This document shows, piece after piece, positions 53,443 through 58,623 of a DNA stretch of 58,623 bases (position 1 is the stretch's first letter; every line of letters begins with the position of its first letter). The position numbers and the translations under genes were made by a program. The stretch comes from Octopus sinensis (taxonomy: Eukaryota), in the NCBI RefSeq assembly GCF_006345805.1, contig NW_021835395.1, forward strand, positions 1-58,623, written 5' to 3'. A model generated the notes under the pieces. That model was given only the letters and a program-made list of their open reading frames with translations. It was not told the DNA's origin and did no database searches.

Positions 53443-53830
53443 TTAGAGACAAAACCACTATTATTCAAATCAAACAAAGAAAGACTTAAGCCAATACATA
53501 AAAAATTTTATATAAATTAAATATAATTAAAATAACCACTACGATCGTTTCGTGTCACCACTTCTAGTTCATAGTTTAAAACTTGCAAAGAAGGTTTTGA
53601 AACCACCTGACGAATGTCTCATAGAAATGCTGACACGAAACGATCGTAGTGGTTATTTTAATTATATTTAATTTATATAAAATTTTTTATGTATTGGCTT
53701 AAGTCTTTCTTTGTTTGATTTGCATAATAGTGGTTTTGTCTCTAATTAATATAATATAATATTTTACTATAAATTGGATTCAATCCTAAATCTGATTTTT
53801 CCCTGTAAATTTGGATTTATTCCCTAATAT

Positions 53831-53832
<2 letters not shown>
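53437..53832. mobile_element. (TA)n-embedded fold-back element (about 120-bp inverted arms) with an HHR; pLTR-like
   Basis: 53437-53557 is the reverse complement of about 53631-53745; tail shared with 23097-23190. Confidence 0.85.
53601..53654 (+). ncRNA. Type I hammerhead ribozyme motif
   Basis: AACCAC-CUGACGA-AUGUC(..)GACAC-GAAA-CGAUCG-UA-GUGGUU; predicted cut 53648/53649; the 10.1-11.1 pair is A.C. Confidence 0.8.
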
Positions 53833-53916
<84 letters not shown>

Positions 53917-53921
<5 letters not shown>

Positions 53922-54150
53922 GCATATTTTGGTCATATTATGCGGAGAAAATCCCTGGAGAATGACATCATGCTCGGAATGGTCAGTGGCAAGAGAGGAA
54001 GAGGCCGACCAAGAACCCGCTGGCTTGGCACCATCAAGAGTGATACCGGAATGGACATAGCCAATCTGAAAGAAGCGGCCCAGGATAGAACTGACTGGAG
54101 GACACTGATCCATCGAGTAAGCGAGAGTCGACTTCGACTGAGCGGATAGA
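53917..54150 (+). mobile_element. RTE-clade (BovB-like) LINE 3' end, (GATA)n tail, (GA)n at the 5' junction
   Basis: AYFGHIMRRKSLENDIMLGMVSGKRGRGRPRTRWL..AAQDRTDWRTLIHRVSESRLRLSG*. Confidence 0.9.
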
Positions 54151-54569
54151 TAGATAGATAGATATATAAAATATATATAATATATAATATGTATGTATAT
54201 ATGTATGCGTGTGTATGTGTGTATTTGTATATGTGTGTGTGTGTTTATTCAACTGTATGATTACTCCTGAATAAGATGCACCTGTCTCAGCTGATAGTTC
54301 AATGAGTCAATGATTCATATGTCATTACCGCCATCAAGCTGTGTCATAAGAAAATATAATGAATTATACATTAACAGCTCAATGAACCTTGTTATTAATT
54401 GTCGATATTGAACACCACCACCACCATCACCACCACCACCACCTCACTCTTTGGGCCTCTTTAGTCGAGTTTAGTCTAAGACAAGCATCTGTAGTAACGA
54501 CCGAGTTACCTCCCCTTGGGTAGTTGGTTCACACGCCTCCCTATCTCACGTCAACACTTAGACTTTGGC

Positions 54570-54970
54570 CTATTTCTTTACTGCCCACAAGGGGCTAAAC
54601 ACAGAGAGGACAAACAAGGACAGACAAACGGATTAAGTCGATTATATCGACCCCAGTGTGTAACTGGTGCTTAATTTATCGACCCCGAAAGGATGAAAGG
54701 CAAAGTCGACCTCGGCGGAATTTGAACTCAGAACGTAGCGGCAGACGAAATACCTATTTCTTTACTACCCACAAGGGGATAAACACAGAGAGGACAAACA
54801 AGGACAGACAAACGGATTAAGTCGATTATACCGACCGCAGTGCATAATTGGTACTTATTTAATCGACCCCAAAAGGATGAAAGGCAAAGTCGATCTCGGC
54901 GGAATTTGAACTCAGAACAGCTACGCATTTCACCCGGCATGGTAACGTTTCTGCCAGCTCACCGCCTTAA
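54570..54970 (-). mobile_element. SINE family B with two tandem internal units
   Basis: aaggcaaagtcga at about 54698 and 54882. Confidence 0.85.
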
Positions 54971-55644
54971 CACTTAGACTTTGACCACCTTCAGAATAGT
55001 TCACAATATTTCATGCATCCGGACTGGTCGGGCTCCAATCACCCCACTTCACCGATGTATTTTTGTTGTAGACATTAAACTGCAGATGCTGGTTGCTGTT
55101 GCTGTTGAGGGGGACAAGAAACAGGAAGAAAGAGTGAGAAAAACTTGGGGCGAAAGAGTACTACAGGGGTCGCCACCCACCACCCCCTGCCGGAGCATCG
55201 TGGAGCTTTAGGTGTTTTCGCTCAATAAACACACAACGTCCGGTCTGGGAATCGAAACCACGATCCTCCGACCGCGAGTCCGCTGCCCCAACCACTGGGT
55301 CATTGCGACTCCAGTGCAGATGCTGGACATCAGTTGCCCCTAACTCACTAGCCTCGGACTGTACTGATCAACAGCTCAAGCTGACGAATAATCAGATCAC
55401 TGCCATCAGTCTAGGAACGAGGGCGGTAAAGGCTATCGGCATCTCCTTGTTTGACTCCCTGAATAACCATAAAAAGATGTACTAATAATTTCTATTGTTT
55501 GCTACAATGTTATCGAGTGAAGAGGACAATATCGCCGTTTATCATCTGCCTGGTGGAGTCTGAAAAGACGACTGCTTCTGGGTCACCATACATACACACA
55601 CACATACATATATACATGCATACATACATACATACATACATACA

Positions 55645-55678
<34 letters not shown>

Positions 55679-55774
55679 CATACATACATACATGCATACA
55701 AACATACATACATACATACATACATACATACATACATACATAATACGTACATACATACATACATACAACCGAGC

Positions 55775-56570
55775 GGTGGTATTTTGTCTGCCGCTACGTT
55801 CTGAGTTCAAATTCCACCGAGGTCGACTTTACCTTTCATCCTTTCGGGGTCGATTAAATAAGTACCAGTTACGCATTGGGGGCAATATAATCGACTTAAT
55901 CCGTTTGTCTGTCCTTGTTTGTCTCCTCTGTGTGTAGGCCCTTGTGGGTAGCAAAGAAATAGGAATCGTTAGCACGCCGGGCGGAATGCGTCGCCGTATT
56001 TTGTCTGCCGTTACGTTCTGAGTTCAAATTCCGCTGAGGTCGACTTTGCCTTTCATCCTTTCGGGGTCGATTAAATAAGTACTAGTTACGCACTGGTGTC
56101 GATGTAATCGACTTGATCCGTTTGTCTGTCCTTGTTTGTCCCTTCTTTGTTTAGCCCCTTGTGGATAGTAAAGAAATAGGTATTTCGTCTGTCTTTACGT
56201 TCTGAGTTCAAATTCCGCCGAGGTCGACTTTGCCTTTCATCCTTTCGGGGTCGATAAACGAAGTACCAGTTGCATACTTGGGTCGATGTAATCGACGGGC
56301 CCCTTCCCCCCAAAATTTCGGGCCTTGTGCCTAGGGTAGAAACGAATATAATCCTTTCTACTATAGGTACAAGGCCCGAAATTTGGGGAAGGGGGGAGAT
56401 AGTCGATTACATCGACCCCAGTACTCAACTGGTACTTCGCTTATCGACCTTGAAAAGATAAAAGGCGAAGTCGACCTTGGCGGAATTTGAACACAGAACG
56501 TAGCGACGGGCGAAAAAACGCTAAGCATTTCATCCAGCGTGCTAACGATTCTGCCAGTTAGCCGCCTTAC
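55775..56570. mobile_element. SINE-B tandem units (plus, 55775-56345) joined tail-to-tail to an inverted SINE-B (56350-56570)
   Basis: ccttgtgcctagggtagaaa..tttctactataggtacaagg palindromic junction. Confidence 0.85.
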
Positions 56571-56844
56571 TGACAAGAAGCTAACCTCAACTGCAGATTA
56601 TGCTGTTATAAAAAACACAGGCCACTGACCGCATCATTTCTGGTTGTATAGTACGTGTAAAAACATGACCAGGTTGGTGGTAGCTATAATGAGTAATAAA
56701 GTAATATGCAAACAGTTCTACGTGAAAACTGTGAATAACTGGTACAGACACTCTTCAAAGATAACGTGATTCAATGATGCAGTTAGAAATATTCTGGAAT
56801 ATGTTCGTTTTGAGCGACAAACACTTAGAAGTAAACAAGTGTCA

Positions 56845-56944
56845 CCTTAGTCTGCTGGTTGTGGACAGATGATACTTACCATCATACTCCGCAAAATAAC
56901 TGAGAGTTTTCCTCAAGTAATAATGATGATGATGATACTGATCC

Positions 56945-56987
<43 letters not shown>

Positions 56988-57365
56988 AGAAAAAGAAGAA
57001 GAAGAGATAAGAAGAAGAAGAAGAGAAGAAGAAGAGAAGAAGAAGAAGAAGAAGAGAAGAAGAAGAAGAAGAAGAGAAGAAGAAGAAGACGAAGAGAAGA
57101 AAAAGAAGAAGACGACGACGACACCGGGGGACGTTTAACATGTGAGAGCGATAAAGAAGACACTGTGGACGTTGAAAATGTGGTTTTCCCAGGAGAACCA
57201 TGTCTCAAAGAAATTTCAAAAGATTGTATTGACAAGTACTGCCTACATCCTTAGAAAAATCATATCAGTTTAAATGCATGTGTTATATTACATGGAGACA
57301 TTTCGCTACTGGCCCTGACTATTACCCTCCTCAAGCTTTCAGTCATACTGTAACATCTCTTATCT
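56845..57365 (+). repeat. Second copy of the 52230-52750 composite (RLE UTR A, GAT/GAA tract, RLE end B)
   Basis: Shares the idiosyncratic gatactgatcctgatgat and acaccgggggacg junctions. Confidence 0.9.
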
Positions 57366-57533
57366 TATTTGGACCAATGGTTTTCAAACTGGGCGATTGT
57401 TCCCACCTGTGGTCGCTGTGAGTTCACAAGAGAGCGGCGATTATCAAAGAGAGCTCTGGTGGAAAGACTGGGTTATTTAAAGAGGTCGTAATTTTTCTTA
57501 GAAATAATATATTTTATGATGTGTACAAACTTT

Positions 57534-57952
57534 GGATCTTTTCGGTTTGAACGGCAGTTTTTTTTCTAGCGGTGTCATATGAAATTGTCACCCATAATTA
57601 TGACCCTAGTATCTATCTATTCCATTTCAATCTGTTTTAGGGTTAGGGTTAGGGGTGGGGGGGAAGGGTATATTTTTTTTCTTCACAAATATAAATAAAC
57701 CCAATCTGTTTCTTAAACGAGGGACATTCATATGGCACAGAATGTTTTCACCTAAAATAGACGTCATTGATTGGTTGAAATTGCAGAAATCGAAGAAAAG
57801 CAACAACAAATATCTTACAAACTATAGAATTTTCTCAATAAAGCCAAGAGAAAAAGTTGTTTCTAAGCACATTCTATCAGTATACGAAGTTTAAAAGTGT
57901 TTAGTTACGTGGAAATTATTTTAAAAAACTGCCGTTCAAACCGAAAAGATCC
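57534..57952. mobile_element. Second copy of the GGATC-TIR MITE, opposite orientation, internal TTAGGG
   Basis: ggatcttttcggtttgaacggcagtttttt ... aaaaaactgccgttcaaaccgaaaagatcc; TSD not evident. Confidence 0.88.
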
Positions 57953-58251
57953 CCCAATTTTTTTAAAATATTAAATATGTATATTTTGTACACCTTCTAT
58001 AGATTTTGATGTAAATATCAAACTTTCAAACTCTCCACAACTTAACTTAATCTAGAAAGGATTGTCTCCCCTGTGATAATTGGCCACCAGGAGTACACGA
58101 AATATTGAACCCATAGTTGAAAACAGTACAGATTTAAATATGTCTGTAGGTATTTAAACTCCTTTGTTACCATATTTATGTTTCAGTTAGTTTGGTTTCA
58201 GTTAATTTTGAAAATAATGCAAAATTTAATAACATAATTTTGCCATTATGA

Positions 58252-58284
<33 letters not shown>

Positions 58285-58623
58285 TGTATGTATGTATGTA
58301 TGTATGTATGTATGTATGTATGATGTATGTATGTATTTATGTGCATATTGATGCTTATATATATATAATTATATATTTAATTATATATTTAATTATAATT
58401 ATATATTTAATTATAATTTTTTGCTACCCTAAAATTTATTGATTAATGATTTTTTGGCTAATTTTGAAATTAAATCGGCAGTTTATATTTACTGCTGAGA
58501 AAACCGCGCGATAGTGGCGGATTTTGAAAAGTTATAGCATATAGACTCAAGGCATGCTTATTATCGCCTCGTGCCTATATGCTTCTCCTTGGCTTTCTGC
58601 TGAAGAGGCAACGCCAGTCGTAA

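Overview
This is AT-rich, repeat-saturated eukaryotic non-coding DNA. The repeat content strongly resembles an octopus (coleoid cephalopod) genome, which is an inference. I found no convincing host exon, tRNA or rRNA gene, and nearly all listed ORFs are translations of microsatellites. Real coding remnants all come from transposons: two Penelope-like GIY-YIG fragments, several R4/Dong-type RLE LINE 3' ends, a CR1 3' end, an RTE/BovB-like 3' end and a mariner deletion derivative. Four tRNA-derived SINE families and several MITEs fill the rest. The main hidden signal is a set of type I hammerhead-ribozyme (HHR) motifs with self-complementary stem III, inside (TA)n-embedded fold-back elements. 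The best case is a 456-bp x3.3 tandem array (7081-8991) with one HHR motif per unit plus an inverted unit whose ends both lie inside the HHR, a retrozyme/Penelope-pLTR-like structure. A second theme is microsatellite-targeted stacking of RLE retrotransposons in (AAT)n. All folds were done by eye, coordinates are approximate to a few bases, and no ribozyme activity is demonstrated.
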